Source of the DNA: Cyanophora paradoxa CCMP329
Lineage: Eukaryota > Plantae > Glaucophyta
Assembly: GCA_004431415.1 (NCBI GenBank)
Contig: QPMI01000053.1
Coordinates: 1-64,000 of the forward strand
Direction: 5' to 3'
DNA length: 64,000 nt
The notes under the pieces are model-generated. The model was not told the DNA's origin. It was given only the letters and a program-made list of their open reading frames with translations, and ran no database searches. Shown piece by piece: positions 1 through 12,262 of the stretch (positions are counted from its first letter, which is position 1; each line of letters begins with the position of its first letter). Position numbers and translations under genes: made by a program.

Positions 1-366
1 CGCAGGCGCCGAGATCGGAGGGCTGGGCCGCGGGCGCGGAAAGGGCAAGGGGCGCGGAAGGGCAGGGGCGCGCGGTTAATTAATCTGACGCCCGCAAGAT
101 GTTCCAGGGGGAATGCACCCACTCGGACGTCATCACCGTCGTATGCGGCGCGCTCTTTCCTGATTTCCGAGCTGCTGGGCGGCACGGAGCGAGTGCGCCC
201 CAACACCGTGCTGGGCGCCCTGAAGGCGGCGGCCCTTAGGGTCGTGCGCCGCGGGCAGCCCGAGCCGAGCCCCGCCGAGCAGGGCGCGAGAGCGTCCAGA
301 ACATAGGCCCGCACCACGTGGACATTCAGATGACGCAGACCGGTACGCGTTTTTTTTCTAGAGAAC

Positions 367-728
367 ATGGGAAATGGAGACTCCCGCGACACCAGCCCCC
401 AGCGCCGAGGATCAATCGTCCACCAACACAGCACCAGCAGCAGCACCACGGCCTACCCTTGGCTTCTTACGCTTAAGCGCAGCAGCAGCCGAAGCCACCG
501 GCGGAAATGGCGGCTGACCTGGATCGCGTGCACCGCCGCGCCATCGCGAGCTACGCCAAGCGGGTCGAGCAGTACCACCCCCAGATGGCAGAGGACGCCA
601 GGGCGTACGCGAAAAACCCCGCCGCGAGCCGCCCGTGATGGCCGCCGTCATCGACCGGCTGCAGTGGGCGCTGCAACGAGGAGGGAGAGCGCGTCAGGAA
701 TTTCTTCATGCCCAAGTAAATTTCTGAA
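367..728 (+). CDS. Hypothetical viral protein (frameshifted)
   Basis: ATG at 367 after a T-run and TCTAGA; a plausible reading (DLDRVHRRAIASYAKRVEQYHPQMAEDA) needs frame changes. End approximate. Confidence 0.35.
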
Positions 729-748
729 AAGGGGCCTTAAACCCGAGA

Positions 749-938
749 ATGATGTCCCTGCCGAGCCTCGACAACATCCTCAGCGATTCGCGCTACCTGG
801 GCAGCCTCCTGACCCTCGGCGCCGTTGCGTACATGTCGCCCGCGCGCTACTACCTGCTGCGGATCCTCCTCGCACAATTCGCGGGGCTACTACTTCGTGG
901 GGCCCACCCTCCTGAACATGGGACCGAAGCGGGCTTAA
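749..938 (+). CDS. Small hydrophobic (membrane) viral protein
   Basis: MMSLPSLDNILSDSRYLGSLLTLGAVAY...YYLLRILLAQFAG; upstream motif present; one frameshift needed to reach TAA at 936-938. Confidence 0.5.
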
Positions 939-966
939 TTTCTCAGCCCTCCTAAGGCCCTAAATA

Positions 967-1416
967 ATGTCCTGCGTTAACCTCTACGCCAGTCGAACGG
1001 AGAGACGCAGGATTCCGAGGGCTTCTGGCGCCTCAGCTGAACCAGATCCCCTCCGACATCGACACGCTGCAGATCAAGGGAGTTCTACCTGGAGCTGGAC
1101 ACGACCGCGATTCCGGACCCCACCGCCGCGAAAAACCGTAAACGTGCTGCTGATGACGTGCCCGATTTGAACGTCACGACCATCTCGAACGTGAACGCGT
1201 GCATCAACAAGGTCGTGATTCCGACGTGGGGCCACGACGGCCTGGAAAAACACCATCCTTTACTGGTTCGAGGTGCCCATGGCCGTGCCGCCGAATTACG
1301 TCGCGTACGACAAATTCCAGGAGCTGCGCGTGCGCTTCACCGACATCACGGGCGCCACCAAGAAGAACAACGCCTTCATCGTCAAGAACTTCGGCCTCTG
1401 GGCCTACGCTAAGTAG
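967..1416 (+). CDS. Putative minor capsid (penton-like) protein, frameshifted
   Basis: Stitched translation VLLMTCPDLNVTTIS...YWFEVPMAVPPNYVAYDKFQELRVRFTDITG resembles the Polinton/PLV penton C-terminal pattern (hhh-C-D-h ... F-x-x-h-x-h-x-h-x-D-x-x-G). Recognised by eye only. Confidence 0.5.
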
Positions 1417-1444
1417 GCCGACTAGATTTCGCAGGCCCCCTTAA

Positions 1445-1920
1445 ATGCGCCTGATCATATTCACCGCGAAAGGGCTCGGGCGTCAAGACGCGTACCTTTA
1501 CGGGCGTGCCTGGCTACCCCTCGCCCCTTACTTACAGAGTCGATCTTGTAACCGCCTCTGGTCCAATTAAATACGGGCTGCTGCACAGCCTCAGTCACAT
1601 CCGTCTCGGTGAGAGCGCATGGCAGGACTTGGCCTTAATCGTAGAATTCGAGTACAGGGGTAGACACGCTAATGGGCGATCACTTTTACAGGGTACGGGT
1701 AGCAAGGGAGGGGTACTCGCTGCCGAACGGCACGGGTGGGAATACTGGGAGCCAAAGATTCGCGACGCCTCCGAGCCTACCGCTGGCTGCGTGACGAGCA
1801 GATCACTATCAGGCCCGATTACCCCTACGCCGACGTTTTCTGGCAGGTGCCCGTGGGCCGCTGGACAACGGGCGAGGTGTGAGCGGCAAGCTGAAGTGGA
1901 CGTGGGACGCGGAGCATTAG
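1445..1920 (+). CDS. Hypothetical viral protein (frameshifted)
   Basis: ATG at 1445 with upstream motif; overlaps ORF 1506..2003; probable end SGKLKWTWDAEH* at 1920. Confidence 0.45.
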
Positions 1921-1945
1921 TTAATTTTTCTCTCTCGCGGATAAA

Positions 1946-4900
1946 ATGTCGATGCTCGACGACCCCTGGCGCATGGCCATCCCGAATCCGGACGAGGTGC
2001 TGAACGGTGCCTTCGCGATAGACGGGAGCCTGAGCGTGAGGGGAATTTACGCGGATGAGATAAGGCTGCGCAAGGGCGCGACCTACAGCGATTTCCTGAC
2101 GTCCGTCGGTACCTTGGACGATTACGGTGACCTCACCGCAATTATCAAGGGGCTCTGGGGCGTGACGACCGAGACGGGGCGTGGACTGGAACATTATCAA
2201 GAGGGCGGCCGACGTGAAAATCGCAAACTCGGTCACCGCAAAGGATGCCACCCTGAACCTCGTGAAACTGACTCTAAAGGGGGCAGAGGGAGACGTGAGG
2301 CCCGGGTACACGCACTCGAGCGCATCGCGGGCCCCCTGCGCCACATCTACTGGAGCCGCCAGGCGCTGCCGAGCATGGAGCCCGAGCAGTACAGGCGCGA
2401 CAGGGAGGAGTTTTTTCGCGTGGTTCGACCACTTCAAGGTCAACATCCGCGCCCTGAGCGCCGACAGGACGGGCGAGACGCCGGAGACGACGGGCGGGGG
2501 CCGCATCCCAACGGCGCCCGACGTGCTCCCCGATCGCTCGGACTGGGCGAAGACGCAGAACTGGGCGCTGAAGGACCACTTCCACGACGAGAGGTACGCC
2601 CTCGTCAAGCACCCGCACGTGAAGGCGACATCACGGACTGGGCGCACCGCCACCTGTACGACGACATCATCGGCGGGCCCAAGGTGCCGGGTGCGATTCC
2701 GGGTGGGGGTACGGGTGGTGGAAGCACGGGAGGTGGGGGTACAGGCACCGGGGGTGGGGGTACAGGCACCGGGGGTGGGGGTACAGGCACGGGGGGCGGA
2801 GGGGGCTCCAGCGGCACGCCAGTGGGCGGGGGCGGGGCAGCAGCGGCTCGGGTGGCGGCGGCTCAGGCGGGAGGGCATGGATAAGGTAGCAGGCCTCGCC
2901 ACTTCAACGGCCATCTTCGGGGGCGCCCTCATCGTAGGCGGCATCAAATACTACAAGGATCGGAAGGGGTTCGTGAGGCAAATCGACGAGCTGAACGCGA
3001 GACCCCCCATTAAATTCGATACCGAGGACGCGCAGCGCGAGTACTACAAACTCGAGAACGAAAAGAAGCAATGGAGCGAGCTGAAAGACAAGGAAATGAC
3101 AGAGGTCGCGGAGAAGAAGGCGGAAGCGAACAAGCTGATGACAGACGCGCAAAGGCAGGAAGAGAGCGCCCTCACCGCGCTAAGGTCGGCAGAGCGCCAG
3201 GTCGCGGAAGAGCGCACGAAAATGATACTCGACGCCGAGGAGGAGCTGAAGAGGATAAACGAGCAAAGGAAGCCGCCAAGGCGAAAAAGCTGCAGGAAAT
3301 TGAAGCGCTGACCGCAGGCACGAGCTGCTTGAGGCGCAGAGGAAAGAGATCGAGGATAGGAAGAAGAAATTGGAAAAGGAGGCAGAGACGAGGGCAGCTG
3401 CTGGAAGAGGAAGAGGAAACGAGGAGAAAGGCAGGAGAGCTGCAAACGGGGGCGGTGCAGGAGGCGAACAGGCTCCGGAGGAAATCAAAAATTTAAAGGA
3501 GGCCGCCGAGCGCGCGGACGAGCAGTCGTCGAAAAATTCAAGGCCAACGCGGACGAGCTGGCACAGAGGCTGCTCAAGTACGCGGCCACGGCAGAGGCTC
3601 GCTCGCGCCCATGGGGACGGCCGAGACGCAGACGACGCCGAGGCCCGATCCGAGGCCGGCCGCCGAGAGGCTGCCCTTCGCGCGGCTGGGTAGGAGCGAC
3701 CAGGTGGAAGAGCTCATTGGCCTCACGCTCGAGGATCAGAGGGCCCTCTTCGACGCGTTAGAGCAGCGGCGCAGGCGGACGAGGAGGCAGCTGCCAAGAC
3801 AGAAGAGGAACGACTGAAGGCAATGCAAACTGCATCAGACGAGGAATTTGCACGGCTGGAGGAGCCGAAGGTAGCGGAGCGTAAGCGACGACTGGAGACG
3901 TTCAGGGGGGCGCAGATGGATTTTTACCGCTCGGAGCTCAAAAAACTGAAAGAAGGAAATGCATCGGGGGACAGGGTCCGCGCCATGGAAGAGAACATGC
4001 GCGACTTTAGCTACGTTATGGATCAGAAGACGCCGAAGAACTGAGGAGAAGATGGCCGATGAGAAGTGGAAAACTTTGAGCGTCAGGCTGTTCAGAGGCC
4101 CATCAGCGATGCCATCTGGATAGCATACGGCGACGTGGAGGAGATGCACCGCGAATGCGGACGGAAGTGAGCCTATGGCGGGGAGCCCTCGAATGGTCAC
4201 TGTACCGGATGCAAAGGGAAAGTTTGTGGCAGAGCTGCGAGCCAATCCGAAAACGGTGAGCGCGGGCGCACAGAGCGCGTACCTCTCCATGGTCGATTAC
4301 GTGGGCAAGCTGAGCAAATTTGGGAAATGCGAAGAGCCATCATTCCAGCGGAGGGGCTCGCGCAGTACGATGCCATGGTGCGCGATCTGGAGGCCTTCAA
4401 ACGTGAGCACCCACCCGCCAAATACAAGATTCACATAGATACGACGGCATTCATGGGCGATCTAAGGAAGAGAGGAGACGAGGCCAAGAGTCAGATCGAG
4501 GAGCGCTACAGAAAGGCCCAAGCGGACAAGGAGTACGCAAACAGGGTGATTGAAGAGCGGAAGCAGCAGGCGAAGGAGAACGCGCGAGACGCAACGCCGA
4601 GATAGAAGAGCAGAGGCGGAAGATCGCAGAGCGCAAGGCGGCAGAGGAAGAGGCAAGAAAGACCAAGGTAGAGACAGAGTACCAAGCATTGAAACGGGAG
4701 GCCAATCAAATATTAAAACGAAGGGAAGGGCGTACGCCGATGAGGGCGCGGGCGTCGGCTTGGCCAGCCCAGACGACATCACACTCGCGGAGAGGGACGA
4801 CGTTTCCGTGGAGGAGATGCGCCCGGGCACCGCCCGCCTGCCCTCCGAGGGCGTGTTTCAGACGCTCGACAGGCGCGTGATGGGCGACTCGGACGTTATT

Positions 4901-7106
4901 TTGCGCAACGCCCTCATGCCCTACGGCGACTGGAACCGCGCCACCGCCGACGCCCTCGCCGATTTCGACCTCGAGCGATTCACCACCAAAGAGCAGCGCG
5001 ACGCGTACCTGGGGCGCCGAGGGCAAGGCGGCCCGGGGTGCCAAGGAGGCCCTCAGCGCCGAGACGCTCTTCTCGGCGGCGGGTACGGCGAACAACGACG
5101 GCATGTCTTTCGGGGCAGCCGATTTATTTCAGGGGGCGGGCATCGACTTGGTGGGCGCCGGGCTCGGGGTACGGGCTCGCGGGCCATGCGGCGGGCGGGC
5201 GCGCGGCGGCGGGCCTTGGGCTGGCGACGGCCGCGGCCTGCTCTCGGCCTACCAGGCGCTCTCGCAGGGCAAGATAGGGGAGGCCGAGTTCTTCGATACG
5301 TTCCGCGATCAGATGATCATGACGGTCGGCTCTTTTGGCCTTCAGACGGGCATGTCGTCCGCCCTGAGCGCCCTCACGAAAATGAGGATCGCACGGTGGG
5401 CGGACTTGGCCTGTCCATCCTCGCGGGCGCCATCGCGCAGGTGATCGTGGATATCATCAACGGGCGCAGCGCGGAAGAAATCGTGAAGAACTTTTTCAAG
5501 TACCCCGTCGACTGGGCGACCGACACCATACAGTTCATCGCGGAGCTCTCGCAACAGATCTACGACTGGGGCGTCGAGACGTGGGCGACGAGGCGAGCCA
5601 GCTGCGCAACCGAATTAATCGGCTGGAGGGCGAGCTGGGCTCCGGATTTTTGGGTGTGTACGACCCCTCGGAGGCGCGCGAAATGGCCTCGCTCTTGGCC
5701 CAGGAGCTGCGGTTAAACGAAATCAAGGAGCCGAAGGAGCTGCAGGCCTTCATTCGCGCGCTCGACAACAGCATCAACGATTACCGTACCCCAAGGACCA
5801 GAAGACCCTGCTCGAAATCGATCGCGCGACCGTGCTCTTCCTCTCCCAGCTCACCGTTAAAATGCAGGAGGGCTTCGGGTCGACTTCGCTCGCCCTGAGT
5901 CGACTTATGCGCGACCTGAAGCAGATGATAAAGGAGGAGACCAAGGGGCGGAAGCGCGTCTTAATTGCCGTCTACCAGGAGGGCCTCAACAGGATCAATC
6001 ACATCGAAGCCCTAAGGCGCGAATTCGGCTCGGCCATCCGTCACTCGGGCGTCTCGTCGAACGGAGGGGCGCAGGTGGCCCGCCTGGCGGACGCCAACTC
6101 GCGCCTCGAGATTCCCGGACCTTCCGCATGCAGGATTGGTGGGAGGCCGAGGCCTTCAGGAATTACGGGGCCTTCATAGACAACGGGATCAATTCGCAGA
6201 GCCCCAAGGCAAACTGGCTGGTACCCAAGGCCTACGTCGATAAATTGGTTGACAGGCCTGCAGCACCATACACAAGAAGATCGCCAAAGGCATCGAGTAC
6301 TGGGCGCCCGAGCCAGGCCAGCCCGTGTTTGCATCGCAGAACTACGAGTGGCACATGGCGCCGGGGCGAGCCAGGCCGTGAGCACCGTGGGCGTTGCCGT
6401 GCCGCAGCTGGCGACGGTGGCACACACGGGGGCGTATGCAGATCTCAGCGGGAGGCCGACGATACCGTGATACCAACAACGTGGGCGTGGGATAGCATCA
6501 CGGGGAAGCCGAGTACGTATCCCCACGCAGACCACCAGCACACCATCTCTCAGATCAGCGACTGGACGGCCCCGGACTTGACGAACATCTCCGTGGATTG
6601 GGACAACGTAACGGGCAAGCCACTTACCTTCCCCCCTCTACACACAGTCACAATGTGTACTGGGATAATGTCATCGACCGACCCACTTCCTTCCCACCCT
6701 CTACGCACAGTCACACAGAGTACTCGCTCACCAGCCACGGGCACAGAAACGTGAACATGGATGCGTACATAACGCACGGCACGTCCTTCCACTCCTACGC
6801 TGCGTACACGGAGTTTAACATCAATTCAACATACACGGTGACGTTCAACATTACATTCGGACAGGCGTACGACACTGGAGGCGGACTGGGACCCCAGCAA
6901 ACCCAACGCCGGTTATTAACGTAACCCCTCGTTCGACATCAATCCCGGCGGCAGCACGGATGTCGATTTCTACGGGCCAACGTCACGGCGGTGAGTCACA
7001 CTGGCTTTACAGTTAAAGTGAGATTCCAACCCAGAATGACGGTCACGCCCACCCAAATTGTCCAGCTTTTATTCATTGGACCGCGATCGGCAAGCTGCTT
7101 ATGTAA
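1946..7106 (+). CDS. Giant fibre/coiled-coil virion protein (~1700 aa if frameshifts are joined)
   Basis: Successive ORF-track fragments join by single-base shifts: HxH motifs (DHFHDERY, HRHLYDDI), GGGGTGT linker, hydrophobic segment, long E/K/R coiled coil, tail-fibre repeats WDSITGKPSTYPHADHQH and WDNVTGKPLTFPPSTHSH, and a C-terminal SHTGFTV...WTAIG domain. May be more than one gene. Confidence 0.6.
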
Positions 7107-7130
7107 TCGATTTTCTGATGCAATCCAAAA

Positions 7131-8248
7131 ATGTCGGTCGCTGTCCCTCTATTTACCTATGCTGCCAGCGTGAATCACAAGGGCGATCACACGATTAAGG
7201 AGACCACCTCGGAAACCAGGCCACCGAGGCCCCTACAACGCCACGGCCGTCCCCTTTTCCGAGGCGACCTCGTCCGCGTCGGCGAGCTGCGCTGCGACAA
7301 GATGCGCACGCGGGAGGGCGGGTCGGCCGTGCCGGGGCGCGTGAGGACGCAGAGGCTCACCGTCACGAACGGGGCCTGGGACGGGAGCGGGTACACCACG
7401 AATCAGGTGACCTTTAATGGGACTGTGAACGGGGAGGGAATGCGGCTCTGTATGTGCAAGGAGGCGGAGCAAACGTGTGGGGGGCTTAGGGTGAGCGGGG
7501 CTTCAAACTTGGCGGGCATCGTTACATTGGACGATAAGCTGCAAATTACCGGAACGTCACCGTACATAAATGGCGGTGGTTCAGGCGTAGCTATAAAGTA
7601 CAACGAAAACGATAGACTCCTCTGTGGGACTCTTGGCGTTGGTGTTACAGGTACTCTATTTACCTCGGCAATCGAAGGCCCTACTAATGGCCTAAGCATA
7701 GCAAACACTTCAATCGTTGATAGCGGAAGCGTCAGCTCTGGTCTATCCTTGAGAAACAACGGCACCGAACGACTGCTGTGCGGAACCGTCGGCGTTGGCA
7801 TCACGGGTCGGCTCATCGTCTCGACGCTCACGGGCGATGGAAACCGAGCCGTTTATTCGGATGCTCAAGGATACCTGACAAACTCGTCGAGCGATAGCCG
7901 CCTGAAAGAAAATGTCGCGAGCATGTCGGGCATTCTCCCTCTTCTGCTGCAGCTGAATCCCGTGTCGTTCACCTGGAAGAACACATCCTCGGGGGTTCGA
8001 AAACGGATTACGGTCTCATCGCACAGGAAGTCCAAGGCGTCTTCCCGAGTCTCGTTTTCGAGAACGCGGATGGATTTCTCGGGGTAAACTACGACAGGCT
8101 CATTTCCCTGTCGTTGAAGGCAATTCAGGAACTTTCACAAGAAGTTCAAACTCTCAAAGACCAGGTAGCGCACTGGCGAGCTGATCTGGAACAACTAGGA
8201 ATAACTACACCGCGAGTATCACAATTCGACCGTTGCCACCGTCGCTGA
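7131..8248 (+). CDS. Fibre protein with C-terminal intramolecular chaperone (Peptidase_S74)
   Basis: SSDSRLKENV...LNPVSFTWK, then after a frameshift near 7990 YGLIAQEVQGVFPSLV...GVNYDRLISLSLKAIQEL; internal repeat NENDRLLCGTLGVGVTG / NGTERLLCGTVGVGITG. Exact stop uncertain. Confidence 0.85.
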
Positions 8249-10334
8249 AAGACGAGCCACCGTTGCCGCCCCTACCAATGCCTGCTGCGTAGTGAGCGTC
8301 TCCGCTATTTCCTGCCACCTGGCCGGACCCAGGATACACCGTAGCATCCGTCAAGTTTCCTATGTAGCTCGAGCCACCGCCACCTCCAAACATTCTTGCT
8401 ATTGGGTTCTCTGACACTCCGCTCCTGCTGGACCCAGAGCCTCCACCGAAGTAACCACCACCACCACCACCACCGAACCTGTAGCCGCTTGAATCAGGCC
8501 CAGTCTCTCCACCTTGGCGCAAAGTTCCCGGGTTGCTGGGCCTGGCCCTGAGGCCACAACACCGGCTCCGCCAGCGGTTTGGGTGCCTCCTTGAGCCGGT
8601 ATCTCTCCGGTTACTCCAACCAACCAGCCGCACCACCGGTCAACCCCCGCCTACTCCCCGCCGCCATTCGAATCACATGTACCCCCACCTCCGGCCCTGC
8701 AACAACCAAGTCGGTCCCTGCAACGCGCTGAATTGCAGAACGACCACCACCGGCGCCGTTTTTGTACTCCGGATCGACGCTATGGCTCCAGCCCCTTCCA
8801 CCACCTCCGTAGACGGTAGCAGTGGCAGTCCCCGATACACCCTTTGGGCCGCCGCATCCAACAACAAGGATGAGCGTCTCCCCGAGGACACAGCCAATGT
8901 ACCAACTACGCAAGCACCCGCGCCTCCACGGACCCCGTACCTGCGCGTTCTCCGCCTCCACCCCCGGCCGCCCATACGATGACACGCACAGCCACAGTCC
9001 CCGTTGGTACTACGAAAGTCTGGTCGGCCCGGTGTAGGAGAATGTACCCAAAACAGGAGCGTTTGCAGTTGTTGCACTGGCAGACGAGGACTGAGGGCCT
9101 TCCTCGCCGATCTGGTTGACGCCCTTGATGGTGTAAGTGTAAGTGGTTCCGTAAACGGTCGTTGTGTCCGAAAAGGGGCTGCTCGTGTCGCTGGCAAGGA
9201 ACACGCCACCCCTGTAGATGTTGTAGGAGACGGTGACGCCCGTCACCGGCACCGACCACTCGAGCACAACAGGCTGTGCTGCCCCCGCCGCGGGGGTTGC
9301 AGTGAGCCCAGTGGGCGCCCCCGGGTCCGTGGTGACGTACGCCGCAATACTCTTCGGCCCCTCCCTCCCGTGTTCGTCGCGGAGATCTGGTACTCGTACC
9401 CTGTACCCAGACGGTGGTCGTGTCGCTGTAGGAGTTGGTCGCGGAGTCTGTGAGGTAGGCCCCGTCTCTGTAAATCTTGTATCCCGTCGCTCCCGTGGAC
9501 GCAGTCCAGCTGAGGCTGACAGGCTGCTGCTGGTCGTTGGGTGCTGATGCCGTCACGTTCGTGGGGGCGTTTGGCATAGTCCAGACCAGGAGCGGATCGG
9601 ACTTGTCGTATTCGACACCGCCCACGATGCCGGCCACCTGGTAAGAGTATTCCGTGCCCCACGTAAGAGCAGTGCTATCGTCAATGTACGAGGTAGACAG
9701 GGCACTGCTCGCAAATCCGATTGGCGTACCGTTCCTGTAAATTCGAATCGAGTCCGCGCCCTCCATGGCCACCCAGTTGATTGTGACGACTATGGCGGGT
9801 TTCGGGAAGCCCGAAGACGCGGGGCCGCCCCGGCAATAAAATCGCCGTAGGTCTGGGCCGTGGCGGTCGTGAGCGTGGTGTAGGCTTCGATCTGCGGGCT
9901 GAAGCCGCCTATGCCTTGGAAGAGAATGTAATTGCTCATGGCACCCTCGTGGGTGTAGAGAAGCGACTGTGCGTAGGTTGTGGGCGGGGCTTTGCCATCA
10001 GAGCCCGTGCTGCTGCTGCCCTGTTCGCGAACCGCCGCCACGCGGTAGAGTCGCTGGGCCCCAAACTAAAGGGAGAGTCCGTGTAGGTGACGGTTGGCGC
10101 ATTCACCGTGGCCACGAGATCCCAGGGGCCGTTGATGCTGGTCGCCCTGTACACCTTGTACTTGACGGCGTTGGTGACCGCGACCCAGTTCAGCTGAAAG
10201 CCGTACGTACTGTTCCCGTTGTTGAGCACGGAGCCCGATCGCACCTGGGGCCTGCCCACAGTCAGCGAGATCGGCTCCACGCCATACTGCGGAGCCTGCA
10301 CCACCTGCTTTTTCACGAATACGAAGCGGGGCAT
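8205..10334 (-). CDS. FN3-repeat plus glycine-rich domain protein (putative adhesin), frameshifted
   Basis: Four FN3-like units (LNW..KYKVYR, INW..IRIYR, LSW..GYKIYR, LEW..SYNIYR) followed by FSYTG.DQTFVVP...WAAGGGGG...GGGGGGYFGGG...GGGGSSY...GGNGRIVI. Confidence 0.8.
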
Positions 10335-10371
10335 TTTCCTCTACGATCCGAAAAATATCTGCCCCGGGTAA

Positions 10372-11049
10372 ATGACTTCCAACTGGTACCAGACCCTCAG
10401 CGGCTCACTTGACGTTGGCAACAACACCAAGGATTTCGCACGCATACCCTCCGGCAGTTACGTCGACGTCTTTCTGCAGAATCCCGTCGTGATTCAGGTC
10501 GTTCAGAACGCCTACGCCACGCCCAAGATTTATTCCTACCAGCTCTTCTTCGACCCTCTGAGCCTCAGCGCAGAGGTTATCGAGCTGCTGCACGAATCAG
10601 GACTCGTGAAAAAGGTGGCACCTGCCACGGCCACTGCCAACGTCTTGCGCTGTCTCGAGGTCAAGTTCAGGGAGACGGGGTACGGCCCACCGTGAACCGG
10701 TACCCCAGTTCTTCGAATCTTCCGGGTACGGGAACTTACCAGATGAGGGGTACGCTCAAGGGCGACGTGCTCTTCACGAAATTCAATCCAAGTCCCGCGA
10801 CCCTGGGGCCTCTACACGGGCGGCAACCCACGCGGCTCGACTCTACCCCGCTTCCCCTTCACCTTTTTCAGGTTCCAGGTCTTCCCCCTCTCCTACGCCG
10901 CCGACCAGCCCCACTTCAGCACGGGCGCCAGCCTCTGCGCGGAGCTGCGTGAGTGCTCGATTTCCTACGCGTACGGCACCGACGCTGACTCTGTGCCTGG
11001 GGCCCGCGTCATGAACATCGGTGGCGACATCACCCTCTTTCACGGATAA
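10372..11049 (+). CDS. Unrecognised viral protein, paralog A (frameshifted)
   Basis: ORFs 10372..10695 and 10692..10952 joined; aligns with the downstream gene (QNPV, SGLxKK, LExKF, LFTKF). Confidence 0.65.
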
Positions 11050-11072
11050 TCTTTCTCATTTGAGGTCGCAAA

Positions 11073-11884
11073 ATGCCGACCACCTCGGCCACCATCGTGA
11101 AGACCGTGTCTGCCGGCTCGATCGTCCCGATTTCTACGGCAACGCTGGGAACGTGGCCAACGCAGGGACGGACAAGGTGGAGTGGGACGGAAACTACGCC
11201 ACCCCGCTCACCGTGAGGGTCCAGAATCCCGTCATGTTGCGCGTCACCTCCAACGATTTCGAGAATCCCGCCTCCTGCTCCGTGTACGTGTACTTTGACA
11301 TCGACTCGGGCGTGAGCGCGGATGAGGCGGAGGCGCTCTGGCTCTCGGGCCTCCTGAAAAAGATAGAGCCCTCTGTGCCTGATCGGCCCGCCATTCGCGT
11401 GCTCGAACTCAAGTTCACCGCTAACACCGCCCTCACTCGCAAATTCGGGAATGGTGCGAATCCGAACATCAAAACGCATTTAGATGGCGCCCTCATCGAT
11501 GCCACACACAAGACCACGCAGGCCGTTCCCTTTGAGATGTACAACCTCTGGAAGATGACCGCAAAGGAGATGATGACGAATGCCACCACGGGCGGCGCCT
11601 CGGGTACCGATTATTCATACGGCGCCTCGAATCCCCGTACCCAGGTCTGGCCCCGGCTCCTCTTCACGAAATTCACTTTCAAATTGTACAACAACATCGC
11701 CGGAATGCCTACCTCTGGAATGGTCGTGGGCTCTACCCTCATGGCCGAACTAATTGAGGCAGAGGCGGACTACACGACTGCGACTACCAACTCGACAGCG
11801 CCAGGCGCCGGAGCCGAAGTTTACGTGGCCTGGGAAACGGTCGGTCGCGAGTACGACACCAAGATTCACACCACTAGCGTCTAG
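11073..11884 (+). CDS. Unrecognised viral protein, paralog B (~270 aa, candidate structural protein)
   Basis: ATG at 11073 (aaaATG, upstream motif), one frameshift near 11127, then a long clean ORF to TAG at 11884. Confidence 0.75.
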
Positions 11885-11920
11885 ACTGGCTAAGCTGCAT
11901 TAGCACCTGTGTCGCCTCCA

Positions 11921-12238
11921 TCATCTCCGAATCTCCTCGCTCTTCTCCTGTAAATTGGCGTACCCCCTCCTCTTCTTGCGAATCTCCGACATTGATGCCC
12001 AGCGCAGGTTCTCCCTCCTGTAGTCCAGCGGGTTGCCGTTGATGTGTTCCACGTAGCGTCCACGTGGCGACTTCCCGAGGATCAGCTGGGAGAGGTAGTG
12101 CTTGCGCCCTCCAAACGTCTTGCTCACCCTGTCCCTGTCCACTCTCCAGGGAAACTCCAAGGCACTCGGGGGTACGTCCGAGTTGACCAGGACGTTGTAG
12201 GCGACGTCTTGCGAGTCGGTGCACCGGAGCAGGGCCAT
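11921..12238 (-). CDS. HNH endonuclease-like protein (HNH_3 type)
   Basis: YLSQLILG...YVEHINGNPLDYRRENLRW matches the phage VDHINGNxLDNRxxNLR motif, with some substitutions. Confidence 0.8.
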   Translation of the reverse strand: MALLRCTDSQDVAYNVLVNSDVPPSALEFPWRVDRDRVSKTFGGRKHYLSQLILGKSPRGRYVEHINGNPLDYRRENLRWASMSEIRKKRRGYANLQEKSEEIRR

Positions 12239-12262
12239 TTTGCCCTAGGTTCAGAAAAACCT

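Noticed and set aside
1595-2947. 450-aa minus-strand ORF and similar long overlapping ORFs
   Set aside because: Antisense shadows of GC-rich coding sequence with no recognisable motifs.
1946-10334. Programmed ribosomal frameshifting
   Set aside because: Shifts are too numerous and lack a consistent slippery site; sequencing error or decay is simpler.
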